A stretch of DNA of 35,230 bases. It comes from Candidatus Limnocylindrales bacterium (GTDB lineage Bacteria > Moduliflexota > Moduliflexia > Moduliflexales > JAUQPW01). The stretch is taken from the NCBI GenBank assembly GCA_035559535.1, contig DATMBG010000048.1, positions 1 through 35,230 on the forward strand. The letters run 5' to 3'. Below are positions 8,817 to 19,232 of this stretch, one piece after another; the first letter of the stretch is position 1; every line of letters begins with the position of its first letter. Below the pieces are notes generated by a model, which saw only the letters and a list, made by a program, of their open reading frames with translations, did not search any database and was not told the DNA's origin. The position numbers and the translations under genes were made by a program.

Positions 8817-8982
8817 AAAATTCTGCCGAGAGCCCCAGGACCCTCATTGTTTTTATCGTTCAGGAGTTACCCGGAATAAGGGATTAAAATTCGGTTTTTT
8901 ATAAAGCCTGGTTGCTTAGGAGCCTGGGCCTACTAACGGGTGTTTCCTACGTTGGTATAACTTAGTTTTTCGGTGTCGGCTC

Positions 8983-9666
8983 TTATCGAGCCTGTTTTCT
9001 GGAATAAATATTTTTACACCACAGGATTAAAGTCTCTAGCTCCTTGGAATCTCTTAATTGGAAAGGTGTTGTCGGGTAAGAGTGGAATATTTCCAGGGTT
9101 TTTTTAGCCAGTTCCTGCGTATTAAAGGTACCATCGATCCGATCTTGAGGTCGGCGAGACCAGATTAATCGATCTACTCTTACCTGGTCATCCTTCAAGG
9201 TTTCAGAGCTTATCATGTGTTGGAGGCTCTGCAGGGCGGCTTCTTTATTTCCAAGCTCAAAATAGGTTAGTGCCAGATAAAAGTAAGCATCTGCCAGCTC
9301 CTTACTGGCTTTATCCTCGTAATTCTGAATAAAGTCTCTATAAGCACCCGCTGCCTGTTCTAAACTGGAAGGATCCGTTATACCTCGCAGGTCCCGGACA
9401 ATATAAAATTTCTTCTGATAATACCGTCCCAACTGGTAAGCCGCTTCTTCGGCTGTTGGGGTGTTGGGATATTTACGGATTAAGGATTGAAAAATCTCCA
9501 CGGTCTTATCCGAGATATCATCGTTATTATAGAAAAAAAGACCTATTTCATATTCCTTCTCCGGGGTCTCTGCCATAATCCCTGGAGAAGACAATAAGCT
9601 ATACAAACTAAAAAAAATAGCTAGGATATCTTTAATTCTAATTCTTAAATTCTTCATTTTACCCAT
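8983..9666 (-). CDS. Exported tetratricopeptide-repeat protein
   Basis: Signal-like N-terminus. TPR-like segments KYPNTPTAEEAAYQLG and ADAYFYLALTYFELG. Confidence 0.8.
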   Translation of the reverse strand: MGKMKNLRIRIKDILAIFFSLYSLLSSPGIMAETPEKEYEIGLFFYNNDDISDKTVEIFQSLIRKYPNTPTAEEAAYQLGRYYQKKFYIVRDLRGITDPSSLEQAAGAYRDFIQNYEDKASKELADAYFYLALTYFELGNKEAALQSLQHMISSETLKDDQVRVDRLIWSRRPQDRIDGTFNTQELAKKTLEIFHSYPTTPFQLRDSKELETLILWCKNIYSRKQAR

Positions 9667-9681
9667 GTGAGAATTTCTTCT

Positions 9682-10860
9682 TCACGTTTTCTTATCTGTT
9701 TCAGCGGTTCCTCCGAAAAGTTTGTCGATCAGCTCTAACCCCCACCAGCCACTCAGAAACCCGATCAGGAGGGTTCCTAAGGCATCTTTAGCTTGAAAGG
9801 AAAAGTTGAAAGCCGAGATTTCAAATCTTCCACTAAAAGCCAGGGTATAAGCAACCAGTCCAACCAGGCAAGAGCTTAGTAAATGAAACGGTTTCCAGGG
9901 CTCTTTAGTTTTTGTGAGTTTGAGGTAGCTCCCAATGCAGGTACCTAGCAAAAGAGGGAACAATAAATACAGATAAAGGGTCAAATCCCGAATTTGAAAC
10001 GTAACGGGAACCGTGAAGCTAAAATCTCGAATACTTCTGCCGTATTCGTCTCGATAATTGATTTTAACCCTGGCCGTATCATCCGGGGAAAAGTTCCTGG
10101 AAAACAGGGTATTCCAGGGGAACGTAAGTACTCTGGCCTTGAGAATGATCTCGGCGTTTTTCTCTCCCGGAAAGATTTGCTCAGGATGTGTCTCGGTAAC
10201 TTCATAAAGGTCCTGCCTGTTAAGTTCTACGATGACTTCATCCAGGAAGAGAATATAGTCCGGGAAGTTATTCTCCAAAGGAATGGTCAATATTTTTCGA
10301 TCCCCCACATCCCATTTCTGATTACGATTCCAGCTTCCGGAGACCTCCAACAATCCACGATTGGTAGTTCCTACGTATAAAAGCTCTTCGATAGGGATCA
10401 CTTCAAAATCCTTATATTGAATTTTAAACTGAATAGGGTGTCGCCTGGGGATCACTTTCGGATCTATCGCCAATGAATAAACAAATTCTTTGCAAACAAT
10501 AGAACCGGAGACCTCTCCACAAAGCTGATCCCGTACAAACCGAAATCGGATTCCGACTCCTGAGTCCAGAGGACTTAAATCCAGGATTTTTAGCCTGGTT
10601 ACATCCCCTTCCGGTTTCAACATGGCCTGAATTCGGATATTAAAGGGGGTATTCTCTTTTCCCTGCAAAGCCTGTTCTTTCGGATAGATGACCCAGACAT
10701 TGAATAGCCCATAGTCCATCTGGGCTTTAAAGTTGGGATCTCCCAGACCCATGACAGTATCTTGGGCTTTAGCGGGTGTTAAAATCTCCATCAGAAAAGC
10801 CAATAAGATTCCATAACCCTTTAGTTCCCTGAATGGGAAGATATTTATAGGTAGTTGCAT
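9682..10860 (-). CDS. Hypothetical protein with signal peptide, beta-rich extracytoplasmic region and 3 C-terminal TM helices
   Basis: AKA signal-peptidase-like site and a hydrophobic C-terminus. Its stop is 15 bp before the TPR gene. Confidence 0.75.
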   Translation of the reverse strand: MQLPINIFPFRELKGYGILLAFLMEILTPAKAQDTVMGLGDPNFKAQMDYGLFNVWVIYPKEQALQGKENTPFNIRIQAMLKPEGDVTRLKILDLSPLDSGVGIRFRFVRDQLCGEVSGSIVCKEFVYSLAIDPKVIPRRHPIQFKIQYKDFEVIPIEELLYVGTTNRGLLEVSGSWNRNQKWDVGDRKILTIPLENNFPDYILFLDEVIVELNRQDLYEVTETHPEQIFPGEKNAEIILKARVLTFPWNTLFSRNFSPDDTARVKINYRDEYGRSIRDFSFTVPVTFQIRDLTLYLYLLFPLLLGTCIGSYLKLTKTKEPWKPFHLLSSCLVGLVAYTLAFSGRFEISAFNFSFQAKDALGTLLIGFLSGWWGLELIDKLFGGTAETDKKT

Positions 10861-11087
10861 AAAAAGATCGTAAGAAGCTCAGAATAGATCCCTTTAATTC
10901 AAGATTATATTTGATTTTAACAGGGGAGAGAGAGACCTGTCAAGAACGAAGTCAGTTCACACCTCTTTTTGTTTCTTGACCTGATTTAGAGAGCGAATTA
11001 CTTTAAAAGAGGAGTTAAAGGAGTGAAATTTGAAACTAAGAAGTCCAGTTAAACCCTTTTTGTGAAACTTATAGGAGGTGAATAAAA

Positions 11088-11606
11088 ATGAAGCAGGGAA
11101 TTTTCTTTTTAGGCATATTATTTTTGCTCAGCACAGCCCTTTATACCCAGGCAAATGCACAAACTGCGAAGGCAGAGTTGAAAAACTCAAAAGGGGAGAA
11201 GATAGGTACTGCAACGTTTACTCAGGAAGCTGAAGGGGTTAAGATCACGTTGGAGGTCTCCAATCTTCCTCCGGGCTCCCATGGATTTCATATCCATGCC
11301 GTGGGCAAATGTGAGCCACCCGACTTCAAATCCGCGGGAGCTCACTTTAATCCAACGGGAAAGAAGCACGGATTACAAAATCCCGAAGGACCCCATGCCG
11401 GGGATTTACCCAATTTAACCGTAGGGTCAGATGGTACCGCCAAGGTAGAGGTTGTAGCCAAGCAGGTAACTTTAGGTGAAGGTAAAAATTCTCTCCTACA
11501 GCCTGAGGGTACCGCCCTGGTGATCCACGCTAACCCCGACGATGAAAAGACCGATCCTGCCGGAAATGCCGGGGATCGTATCGCGTGTGGGGTTATTACC
11601 AAGTAG
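11088..11606 (+). CDS. sodC: Exported Cu/Zn superoxide dismutase
   Basis: Signal peptide. HGFHIH, GAHFNP, KHG, HAGDL, VIHA and RIACG, so all metal ligands are present. Confidence 0.95.
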   Translation: MKQGIFFLGILFLLSTALYTQANAQTAKAELKNSKGEKIGTATFTQEAEGVKITLEVSNLPPGSHGFHIHAVGKCEPPDFKSAGAHFNPTGKKHGLQNPEGPHAGDLPNLTVGSDGTAKVEVVAKQVTLGEGKNSLLQPEGTALVIHANPDDEKTDPAGNAGDRIACGVITK

Positions 11607-11663
11607 GGAAAAGAGTCGGAGATAGGATAGAAAGAGAAAAACAGAGATATCTCCAGGTTGAAG

Positions 11664-11696
11664 CCTCCGAGGTTTTAATTGCCTCGGAGGTTTTTT
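11664..11696 (+). terminator. Intrinsic terminator after sodC
   Basis: CCTCCGAGG-loop-CCTCGGAGG followed by TTTTTT. Confidence 0.8.
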
Positions 11697-12095
11697 ACTT
11701 TTAAAATAGTTTATAAGATCTGGCTACCTGATCGGATCCTGCCATTACCCTTAAAAGGAGGGAAAATATAAGATAAATCGAGTTTAGTCTTTTTCACCCT
11801 GTAGTGGTGTTAAATTTGCAGGTGAAAAGTCAATGGAGAATTAAAAAGTTTACGAGGTCCTGGCTGAGCAACGGGATCCCGACTTTTCATAAGGGAGTTC
11901 TCTTTAAGTAAAGAAAGGGGAGAATTTGTTCTCTTTGATAAAGAGGAAGGATCTTAAAGGTCATGGGCCCTCAGACAGTAAGATATTTTCCTTGACTTTA
12001 GAGTGGGAACCTGACTAGAAATTTGAATAGGCAAAGGTTCTAGTAGACTTGTAATTGTTCCCGATTTGATGTAATTTGAAAGGGAGGCGTTTTTT

Positions 12096-12626
12096 ATGTT
12101 CGAAGACAAAACGAGAGAGATTCCTCAAGGACATCCTTTAAGACAACTCTTTCATAAATTAACCGAAGCTACCCTGGAAGGTATAGGAGTTAAAGACGAA
12201 GAACTGGTTTTTTACATCTCCGATTTACTGGTTCGATTTACCCATATCGATAATCTTTATAAACTCAGGAATACAGCCGGAGAACGCCTGGTTTATATTG
12301 TAGATATGCTCTTGGCAGCCAGTGAGGCAGATTTTCAACAACAGAGAGAGGTACGTAAGCATATTGGAGATTACTCCCTGTTTATTTTAGGTCTTTTTCC
12401 AGAAAGTCTGAGACGTCCTCGACGCCCCCTAAGTCCGGAATACTATGTTGAACAAGGCAAAGAGTCGTACTGGATTGTTGCAGAGATTGATCGATATAAA
12501 CCTACGGCTTCTCTATTCAGGAAGTTATCGGATAACTTTGAATACTGTATCAACGCACTAAATCTTGAGAAGGAATACTTGCAGGATCCTGTTTATCAAT
12601 ATATCGGAAGACAAATGGGTTGGTAA
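12096..12626 (+). CDS. Conserved helical hypothetical protein
   Basis: RBS GGGAGG and motif IGDYSLFILGLFPE..YY..GKESY. Lies 29 bp upstream of lepA. Confidence 0.82.
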   Translation: MFEDKTREIPQGHPLRQLFHKLTEATLEGIGVKDEELVFYISDLLVRFTHIDNLYKLRNTAGERLVYIVDMLLAASEADFQQQREVRKHIGDYSLFILGLFPESLRRPRRPLSPEYYVEQGKESYWIVAEIDRYKPTASLFRKLSDNFEYCINALNLEKEYLQDPVYQYIGRQMGW

Positions 12627-12655
12627 ACACGGGTTAATGAACTCCAGGTATATCC

Positions 12656-14452
12656 ATGAATATTGAAAATATTCGTAATTTTTCTATTATCGCTCACATT
12701 GATCATGGTAAATCTACCTTAGCGGACCGATTATTGGAAATCACAGGAACCCTTTCAGACCGGGAGATGAAGGAGCAGGTTCTGGATAATATGGACCTGG
12801 AGCGGGAGCGTGGCATTACCATTAAGGCCCACGCCGTTCGCCTGGTGTATAAAGCCAAGGATGGTAAAGAATATCTTCTCAACCTTATCGATACCCCCGG
12901 ACATGTAGACTTCTCCTATGAAGTGTCTCGAAGTCTGGCAGCCTGTGAGGGGGCCTTGCTGGTCGTAGATGCGAGTCAGGGGGTTGAGGCTCAAACTCTG
13001 GCGAATGTTTACCTGGCCATGGAAAATAACCTGGAGATTATCCCGGTTATCAACAAAATTGATTTGCCCAGTGCAGATATAGAACGGACGAAAGCTCAAA
13101 TTGAAGACATCTTGGGTATTGACGCCAACGATGCCGTTCTGATCAGTGCCAAACAAGGTATAGGTATTGAAGACGTACTGGAGGCTATTATTCGAAGAAT
13201 TCCTCCTCCTAAGGGAGATCCGGCAGCTCCGCTAAAAGCCCTTATTTTTGACTCCTGGTTTGATACCTATCAAGGGGCGGTCGTTTATATTCGTGTTTAC
13301 GATGGAACCCTTAAAAAGGGGATGCGGATTAAAATGATGTCCAACGAAAAAGTCTTTGAAGTCAGTGAAGTAGGCATTCTTCGATTGGATATGATTCCCA
13401 CCTCCGAATTGACGGCAGGGACCGTTGGCTACTTTATAGCGGGAATTAAGCAGGTCAGTGATACCAAAGTCGGGGATACCGTTACCGAAGCAGACCGACC
13501 GACCCCAACGCCTCTTCCCGGATTCAAGCACATCAAACCCATGGTTTTCAGTGGACTTTATCCTGTAGATAGCCAGGATTATGAAGCCCTTCGAGATGCC
13601 CTTGAAAAGCTTCGGTTGAATGATTCGGCTTTTTCCTATGAACCTGAAACTTCCGCCGCTTTAGGTTTTGGGTTCCGTTGTGGATTTTTAGGACTACTTC
13701 ATATGGAGATCGTTCAAGAAAGACTGGAACGGGAATTCGATCTGACTCTGGTTACCACCGCACCCAGCGTGGTTTATCGGGTTATTATGAAGGATGGAAG
13801 TGTAATTCAGGTGGATAATCCAACCAAACTTCCCCCTCCCACCCAATATCAAAGGATTGAGGAACCTTATGTACTGGCAACGATTCTGGTTCCTACCGAC
13901 TTTGTCGGAAACGTTTTGAAATTGGCCCAAGAACGACGAGGGATTCAAAAGAAAATGGAATATCTGGATAGCACGAAGGTCCTGCTCACCTACGAATTCC
14001 CCTTGAACGAAATCATTATGGATTTCTACGATAAATTGAAATCCTCCACGAAGGGTTATGCTTCTCTGGATTATGAACACATCGGTTATCGAGAATCGGA
14101 TCTGGTCAAACTGGATATTTTATTGAACGGCGAACCCGTAGATGCCCTGTCGACTATAGTTCATAGGGAAAAAGCTTATTATCGAGGAAAGCAACTGGTT
14201 GAAAAAATGCGAGAGCTTATTCCCAGACAACTTTTTGAGGTAGCGATTCAGGCAGCCATCGGAGGGCGTGTTATAGCCAGAGAAACGGTTCGTCCTCTTC
14301 GGAAAAATGTTACGGCTAAATGTTATGGCGGAGATATTACCCGAAAACGAAAACTGCTGGAGAAACAAAAGGAAGGTAAGAAACGGATGAAGCAAGTGGG
14401 GCGGGTTGAAGTACCCCAAGAGGCTTTTATGGCTGTATTGAAGATCGATTAG
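12656..14452 (+). CDS. lepA: Elongation factor 4 (LepA)
   Basis: [28 protein letters not shown] and [25 protein letters not shown]. Confidence 0.99.
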   Translation: MNIENIRNFSIIAHIDHGKSTLADRLLEITGTLSDREMKEQVLDNMDLERERGITIKAHAVRLVYKAKDGKEYLLNLIDTPGHVDFSYEVSRSLAACEGALLVVDASQGVEAQTLANVYLAMENNLEIIPVINKIDLPSADIERTKAQIEDILGIDANDAVLISAKQGIGIEDVLEAIIRRIPPPKGDPAAPLKALIFDSWFDTYQGAVVYIRVYDGTLKKGMRIKMMSNEKVFEVSEVGILRLDMIPTSELTAGTVGYFIAGIKQVSDTKVGDTVTEADRPTPTPLPGFKHIKPMVFSGLYPVDSQDYEALRDALEKLRLNDSAFSYEPETSAALGFGFRCGFLGLLHMEIVQERLEREFDLTLVTTAPSVVYRVIMKDGSVIQVDNPTKLPPPTQYQRIEEPYVLATILVPTDFVGNVLKLAQERRGIQKKMEYLDSTKVLLTYEFPLNEIIMDFYDKLKSSTKGYASLDYEHIGYRESDLVKLDILLNGEPVDALSTIVHREKAYYRGKQLVEKMRELIPRQLFEVAIQAAIGGRVIARETVRPLRKNVTAKCYGGDITRKRKLLEKQKEGKKRMKQVGRVEVPQEAFMAVLKID

Positions 14453-14465
14453 AGTGTTTCTTACA

Positions 14466-14510
14466 AAGGCGCAAAGATGCAAGTAAAAAAATTTAGCTTC
14501 TTTGCGCCTT
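14466..14510. repeat. Intergenic inverted repeat (12-bp stem)
   Basis: AAGGCGCAAAGA (14466-14477) and TCTTTGCGCCTT (14499-14510). Confidence 0.65.
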
Positions 14511-14524
14511 CGTGTTCCTTTGGA

Positions 14525-14599
14525 ATGACTTGGTTTGAAATTGTGGTCACAGCCCTCATAGCCTTTATCCTGATCCTTGTTCTAAACTTAATTTTATAA
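14525..14599 (+). CDS. Possible 24-aa single-TM peptide
   Basis: Manual translation MTWFEIVVTALIAFILILVLNLIL*. Fills the lepA-rqcH gap in the operon direction. RBS is weak. Confidence 0.45.
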   Translation: MTWFEIVVTALIAFILILVLNLIL

Positions 14600-14627
14600 C
14601 TTTCAATTACTTTTTAATTGCTTTGTT

Positions 14628-16361
14628 ATGGATCTTTTGGTCCTCAACGCTATAACCCAGGAACTTCAGAATACACTGATTACGGCCAGAATTACCCGGA
14701 TCTATCAACCTGCCGATTTACTTTTAACCCTTTTTTTACGAAAACAAGGACAGGACTATCGTTTAGTTATTTCGGCAGATTCTTCTTATCCCTGTATCTA
14801 CCTTCAGCAGCAGGTAACGGACAACGGACAGGGAACAAGGGAGGAACCTCAAAGTTTTAATAAATCCCTTAAATATCATTTACAGGGGGGATGGGTTGAG
14901 GACATTCACAAACCCCTTTTAGAGCGGGTGGTTTATATCGAAGTCTTCAAAAAAGAACTGGACGGAACCAAAACTTCCTTGCAACTCATTGTTGAAATCA
15001 TGGGGCGTCATAGCAATATCATCCTGATCGATAAAACCAGTGGAAAAATTCTGGATAGTATCAAGCATGTGACGGCTGCCATGACTTCCTATCGTAGAAT
15101 TGTGCCGGGAGCTCCTTATATTCCACCTCCCGAGCAGGAAAAGCTGGATCCCTGGAGCCTTACAAAGGAAGATTTCATGAAAATTCTCCTGGCCAGACCT
15201 CCAGAAAAACCCCTCTGGCAATATATTTTAGATACCTTTAAAGGTTTTAGTCCCCTCACAGCCAGAGAGGTTCAAGACCACCCGGATCCGGAGAGAGTCT
15301 GGAGTTCCTTCGAGAGAATAAGCAGGACTTTAAAATCCGGTCCCTACGAACCGGTCATTATCACCTACTCCCATCCCCAGGAAAAGAAAAGTCGCTCTTA
15401 TCTTTCTCCTGTTCCCCTGATTCAATTTGAACAGGACCGGGTCCAAATCCAGAACTTCGGGAGTATGTCGCAAGCGGCTGAGGTCTACTACGCAGAAACC
15501 TTCATCCGATATCGGTTACAGGTCCTTCGATCTTCTCTTCTTCAAACCCTTCATCAGCGGCTGGTTAAAAACGAGAAAAAACAAAAACAGCTGGAAGAGG
15601 AACTGGCCCAGGCGGAAAAGGCTCAGGAATTCAAAAAGCTCGGGGAACTCATTACCGCCAACTTATCCCTTTTAAAAAAAAGTATTGATGAAGTAGAAGT
15701 CGTTGATTTTTACGATCCGGATCAGAGAAAGGTAAAAATTAGGTTGGATCCTCGATTGACCCCTTCCCAGAATGCCCAAAAGTACTTTAATCAATATGCA
15801 AAGTTGAAACGAAGCCTTCCTATTTTACAAGAACGTTTGGCAGCGGTTAATCAAGAAATAGCCTATTTAAAGGAACTTCAGTTTTTTGTTGAGGAGGCAA
15901 CTTCTCTGGAAGAACTGGAGAAACTTAAAGGGGAAGTAAGGGGAGAAGAAGGAAGGAGGGGTAAAGGAAAGGAAAAACAGGAGACGACGCAATCCCCCTC
16001 TCCTTTTCGTCGTTTCATTTCCTCAGATGGGTTCCCGATCTGGGTAGGACGGAGTAGCCGGGAGAACGATCTGTTGACCCTTAAATTTGCCATCCCGGAT
16101 GATGTATGGCTTCATGCTCAAGGGGTTCCCGGTTCCCATGTACTCATTTTAAACCGAACCCGCTCAGAATCTATCCCGGAGAGGACTTTAGAGGAGGCTG
16201 CTTCCCTGGCTGCTTATTATAGTAAGGGACGTGGCTTAGGAAAAGTCCCGGTTGACTATACCTTGAAAAAATATGTTAAAAAGCCGAAAGGGGCTCCTCC
16301 CGGATTGGTAACTTTAATAAAACACAAGACCATTTTAGCCATACCCAGGAAAGAGGTATAA
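14628..16361 (+). CDS. rqcH: Rqc2/RqcH (FbpA, NFACT family) ribosome quality-control factor
   Basis: EIMGRHSNIIL, coiled coil, SQNAQKYF and the NFACT-R motif WLHAQGVPGSHV. Confidence 0.92.
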   Translation: MDLLVLNAITQELQNTLITARITRIYQPADLLLTLFLRKQGQDYRLVISADSSYPCIYLQQQVTDNGQGTREEPQSFNKSLKYHLQGGWVEDIHKPLLERVVYIEVFKKELDGTKTSLQLIVEIMGRHSNIILIDKTSGKILDSIKHVTAAMTSYRRIVPGAPYIPPPEQEKLDPWSLTKEDFMKILLARPPEKPLWQYILDTFKGFSPLTAREVQDHPDPERVWSSFERISRTLKSGPYEPVIITYSHPQEKKSRSYLSPVPLIQFEQDRVQIQNFGSMSQAAEVYYAETFIRYRLQVLRSSLLQTLHQRLVKNEKKQKQLEEELAQAEKAQEFKKLGELITANLSLLKKSIDEVEVVDFYDPDQRKVKIRLDPRLTPSQNAQKYFNQYAKLKRSLPILQERLAAVNQEIAYLKELQFFVEEATSLEELEKLKGEVRGEEGRRGKGKEKQETTQSPSPFRRFISSDGFPIWVGRSSRENDLLTLKFAIPDDVWLHAQGVPGSHVLILNRTRSESIPERTLEEAASLAAYYSKGRGLGKVPVDYTLKKYVKKPKGAPPGLVTLIKHKTILAIPRKEV

Positions 16362-16421
16362 AAGGTGGTAGTATAGAAGTATCGGGGTTCTCCCTTATAT
16401 GCTCCCATCCTTCTATTCTCC

Positions 16422-16955
16422 ATGAAGGCTCGATTGATTGTCGGTATTTCCGGGGCGACAGGAAGCATCTATGCCAGGCGGCTTTTAGAGGTTTTAAAGG
16501 CATCAGATCAAATCGAAACTCACCTTGTAATAAGTAAAGCAGGGAAAAGAACTTTGAGAGAAGAAACGCCCTGGCGTGTAGAGGAAATCGAAAGTCTGGC
16601 CCACTTCGTATATGAAGTAGAGGATTCTCAGGCTCGGATCCTGGATAACGACTTTGAAGCCCTGGGCATGGTGGTTATTCCCTGCTCTGTGAAGAGCATG
16701 GCGGCCATTGCTTTATCTACCCAGGATAACTTGCTGATTCGAGCTGCTAATGTTATTTTACAAACGGGTCGGAAGCTGGTTTTGGTTATACGAGAAACCC
16801 CTGTACATATAGGGCATATTAAAATTATGTTACGTTTAGCTGAAGCAGGAGCTATTTTACTTCCACCGATACCCACTTTTGAGCAGCGGCCTAAAACTGT
16901 CGATGATTTGGTAGATCAGGTCGTTCATCGGGTATTAAGGATATTTAAAACGTAA
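16422..16955 (+). CDS. ubiX: UbiX-family flavin prenyltransferase (divergent)
   Basis: IVGISGATG, IPCSVKSMA, NLLIRAA and RETP motifs. Confidence 0.85.
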   Translation: MKARLIVGISGATGSIYARRLLEVLKASDQIETHLVISKAGKRTLREETPWRVEEIESLAHFVYEVEDSQARILDNDFEALGMVVIPCSVKSMAAIALSTQDNLLIRAANVILQTGRKLVLVIRETPVHIGHIKIMLRLAEAGAILLPPIPTFEQRPKTVDDLVDQVVHRVLRIFKT

Positions 16956-17004
16956 GGTTTAATACTTGGGTATTTTTCATTTTACGTTTCAAGCTTTGGG
17001 TCTT

Positions 17005-18036
17005 ATGATTCAAAATCGAAAGGAAGAACATCTCAGGATTTGTTTAGAAGAGAATGTAGAGGCTCACCTTGTTACCTCCGGGTTTGAGAAATTTCGGTTT
17101 ATCCATCAGGCATTACCGGAAATTGATCGAGATGAAATAGATGTCTCATTAACTCTGTTTGGTAAAAAACTTCGTGCACCCATTTTGATTTCTCCCATGA
17201 CCGGTGGAAGTGAGGCAGGCAAAAAGATTAATCGGAACCTGGCATTAGCTGCTCAGAAAGTTGGAGTGGCTATGGGCGTGGGATCCCAGCGTATTGCCTT
17301 AGAATTTCCAGAACTGGCCCCTACGTTTCAAATTCGGGATCTGGCTCCGGATATTCTCCTGTTCGCTAATTTGGGGGCTGTACAGTTGAATTATGGCTAT
17401 GGAGTTAAGGAGTGTCTAAAAGCTGTGGAAATGATAGAAGCAGATGGACTTATCTTCCACCTCAACGCGTTACAGGAAGCCTGTCAGCCGGAAGGGAACC
17501 GAAATTTTAAGGGACTGACTGCTAAAATTGGAGAAGTGTGTCGAAATTTACCGGTTCCGGTTTTAATTAAGGAGTGTGGTTGGGGGATATCCCGAGAGGT
17601 TGCCCAACGCTTGAAAGATACGGGGATTCAGGGAATTGATGTGGCCGGGGCGGGAGGAACTTCCTGGTTCTTTATCGAAAATTATCGAGCCAAGGCGAAA
17701 AAGAAGGCTTATTTAAGCGACTCCTTTAGAGAATGGGGTATCTCTACTGTGGAATCCCTGTTATGGGTTCGAGAGGTAGCCCCCCATTTGATTCTGATTG
17801 CCTCGGGTGGAGTTCGAACAGGCCTGGATATCGCCAAGGCCATTTCATTAGGTGCTACAATGGCTGGATTGGCTTTACCCATGCTAAAAGCAGCCACGCA
17901 ATCTGCCGATGCAGTCGCCGAAAAATTAACGATCTTGATCGAAGAATTAAAAACGGCTATGTTCTGCATCGGAGCTTCCACCCTGGAAGAATTGCGAAAT
18001 ACTCCTTATCTCCGGAAAGTGAATGAAGATGTCTGA
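17005..18036 (+). CDS. fni: Type 2 isopentenyl-diphosphate isomerase (FMN-dependent)
   Basis: RKEEH, MTGG, GVGSQR, ANLG, HLNALQE, KECGWG, GAGGT and SGGVR. ATG 17005 preferred as start. Confidence 0.95.
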   Translation: MIQNRKEEHLRICLEENVEAHLVTSGFEKFRFIHQALPEIDRDEIDVSLTLFGKKLRAPILISPMTGGSEAGKKINRNLALAAQKVGVAMGVGSQRIALEFPELAPTFQIRDLAPDILLFANLGAVQLNYGYGVKECLKAVEMIEADGLIFHLNALQEACQPEGNRNFKGLTAKIGEVCRNLPVPVLIKECGWGISREVAQRLKDTGIQGIDVAGAGGTSWFFIENYRAKAKKKAYLSDSFREWGISTVESLLWVREVAPHLILIASGGVRTGLDIAKAISLGATMAGLALPMLKAATQSADAVAEKLTILIEELKTAMFCIGASTLEELRNTPYLRKVNEDV

Positions 18037-19168
18037 GTTCAAATTAAATACCATTGAAGAAGCTATTGAAGATATCCGTGCAGGTAAAATGGTCATTGTC
18101 GTTGACGATGAAGATCGAGAAAATGAAGGAGATCTGACCTGTGCGGCAGAAAAAGTAACTCCTGAGATCATCAACTTTATGGCCAAGTACGGTCGAGGGC
18201 TTATCTGTCTGCCTATGACCGAGGAGAGACTCAAGGAACTAAAGATTCCCCAAATGGTCTCGGAGAACACGGCCGCCTTCGGAACGGCTTTTACGGTTTC
18301 CATAGATGCCAAACGGAATGTTACCACGGGAATCTCTGCAGCAGATCGGGCCCGTACCATTTTAACAGCCATCGATCCCAAAACCAAGCCTGAAGATCTG
18401 GCAAGGCCCGGGCATGTATTCCCTTTACTGGCCCGGAAAGGGGGAGTCCTACGACGAGCCGGACAAACGGAAGCTGCCGTAGACCTGGCCCGCCTGGCAG
18501 GCCTATATCCCGCCGGAGTTATTTGTGAGATTATGAATGATGACGGAACGATGGCGCGCCTCCCTCAACTCCTTGAATTTAGAGAGAAGTTCGGTATTCG
18601 CGTGATTAGCATCGCAGATCTCATCAAGTTCCGTCTCAAAATGGAGCGATTTGTTAGCCGGGTTGCAACCACCCATATTCCTACAGAGTTTGGAGACTTT
18701 ACGGCCATCTGTTATCAAAACGACCTGGATAATCTTCACCATGTGGCCCTGGTTAAAGGAGACGTTAAATCGAAAGAAAGTGTTCTGGTCCGGGTTCATT
18801 CCCAGTGTCTGATAGGAGACGTTTTTGGATCTCTGCGGTGTAGTTGTAGAGAGCAGCTTCGGAGCTCCATGGAAATCATCGAGCAAGAAGGGGTAGGCGT
18901 TTTACTTTACTTGAGACAGGAAAGTCAGGGGAATCTGTTGATCAACCGGCTTAAAGCTTACGAATTACAGGATCAGGGTCAAGATATTCCAGAAGAAGAG
19001 CCGGGTACCAAAATGGATTTACGGGATTACGGAGTTGGCGCGCAAATTTTAGTGGATCTGGGTTTAAAAAATATTCGTTTATTGACCAACAGTCCTAAAA
19101 GAATTGTCGGTTTGGAAGGATTTGGATTACATATAACCGAGTGTGTACCCATCAAGGGCAGGACGTAA
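18029..19168 (+). CDS. ribBA: DHBP synthase / GTP cyclohydrolase II fusion
   Basis: [29 protein letters not shown] and [10 protein letters not shown]. The GCHII half looks degenerate. Confidence 0.92.
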   Translation: MSEFKLNTIEEAIEDIRAGKMVIVVDDEDRENEGDLTCAAEKVTPEIINFMAKYGRGLICLPMTEERLKELKIPQMVSENTAAFGTAFTVSIDAKRNVTTGISAADRARTILTAIDPKTKPEDLARPGHVFPLLARKGGVLRRAGQTEAAVDLARLAGLYPAGVICEIMNDDGTMARLPQLLEFREKFGIRVISIADLIKFRLKMERFVSRVATTHIPTEFGDFTAICYQNDLDNLHHVALVKGDVKSKESVLVRVHSQCLIGDVFGSLRCSCREQLRSSMEIIEQEGVGVLLYLRQESQGNLLINRLKAYELQDQGQDIPEEEPGTKMDLRDYGVGAQILVDLGLKNIRLLTNSPKRIVGLEGFGLHITECVPIKGRT

Positions 19169-19232
19169 TGATCCGAAGACGCGGAGATTGTTTTTCAGAT
19201 TCCTTCCTTCCGGCGTCTTCGTATCTTAAATC

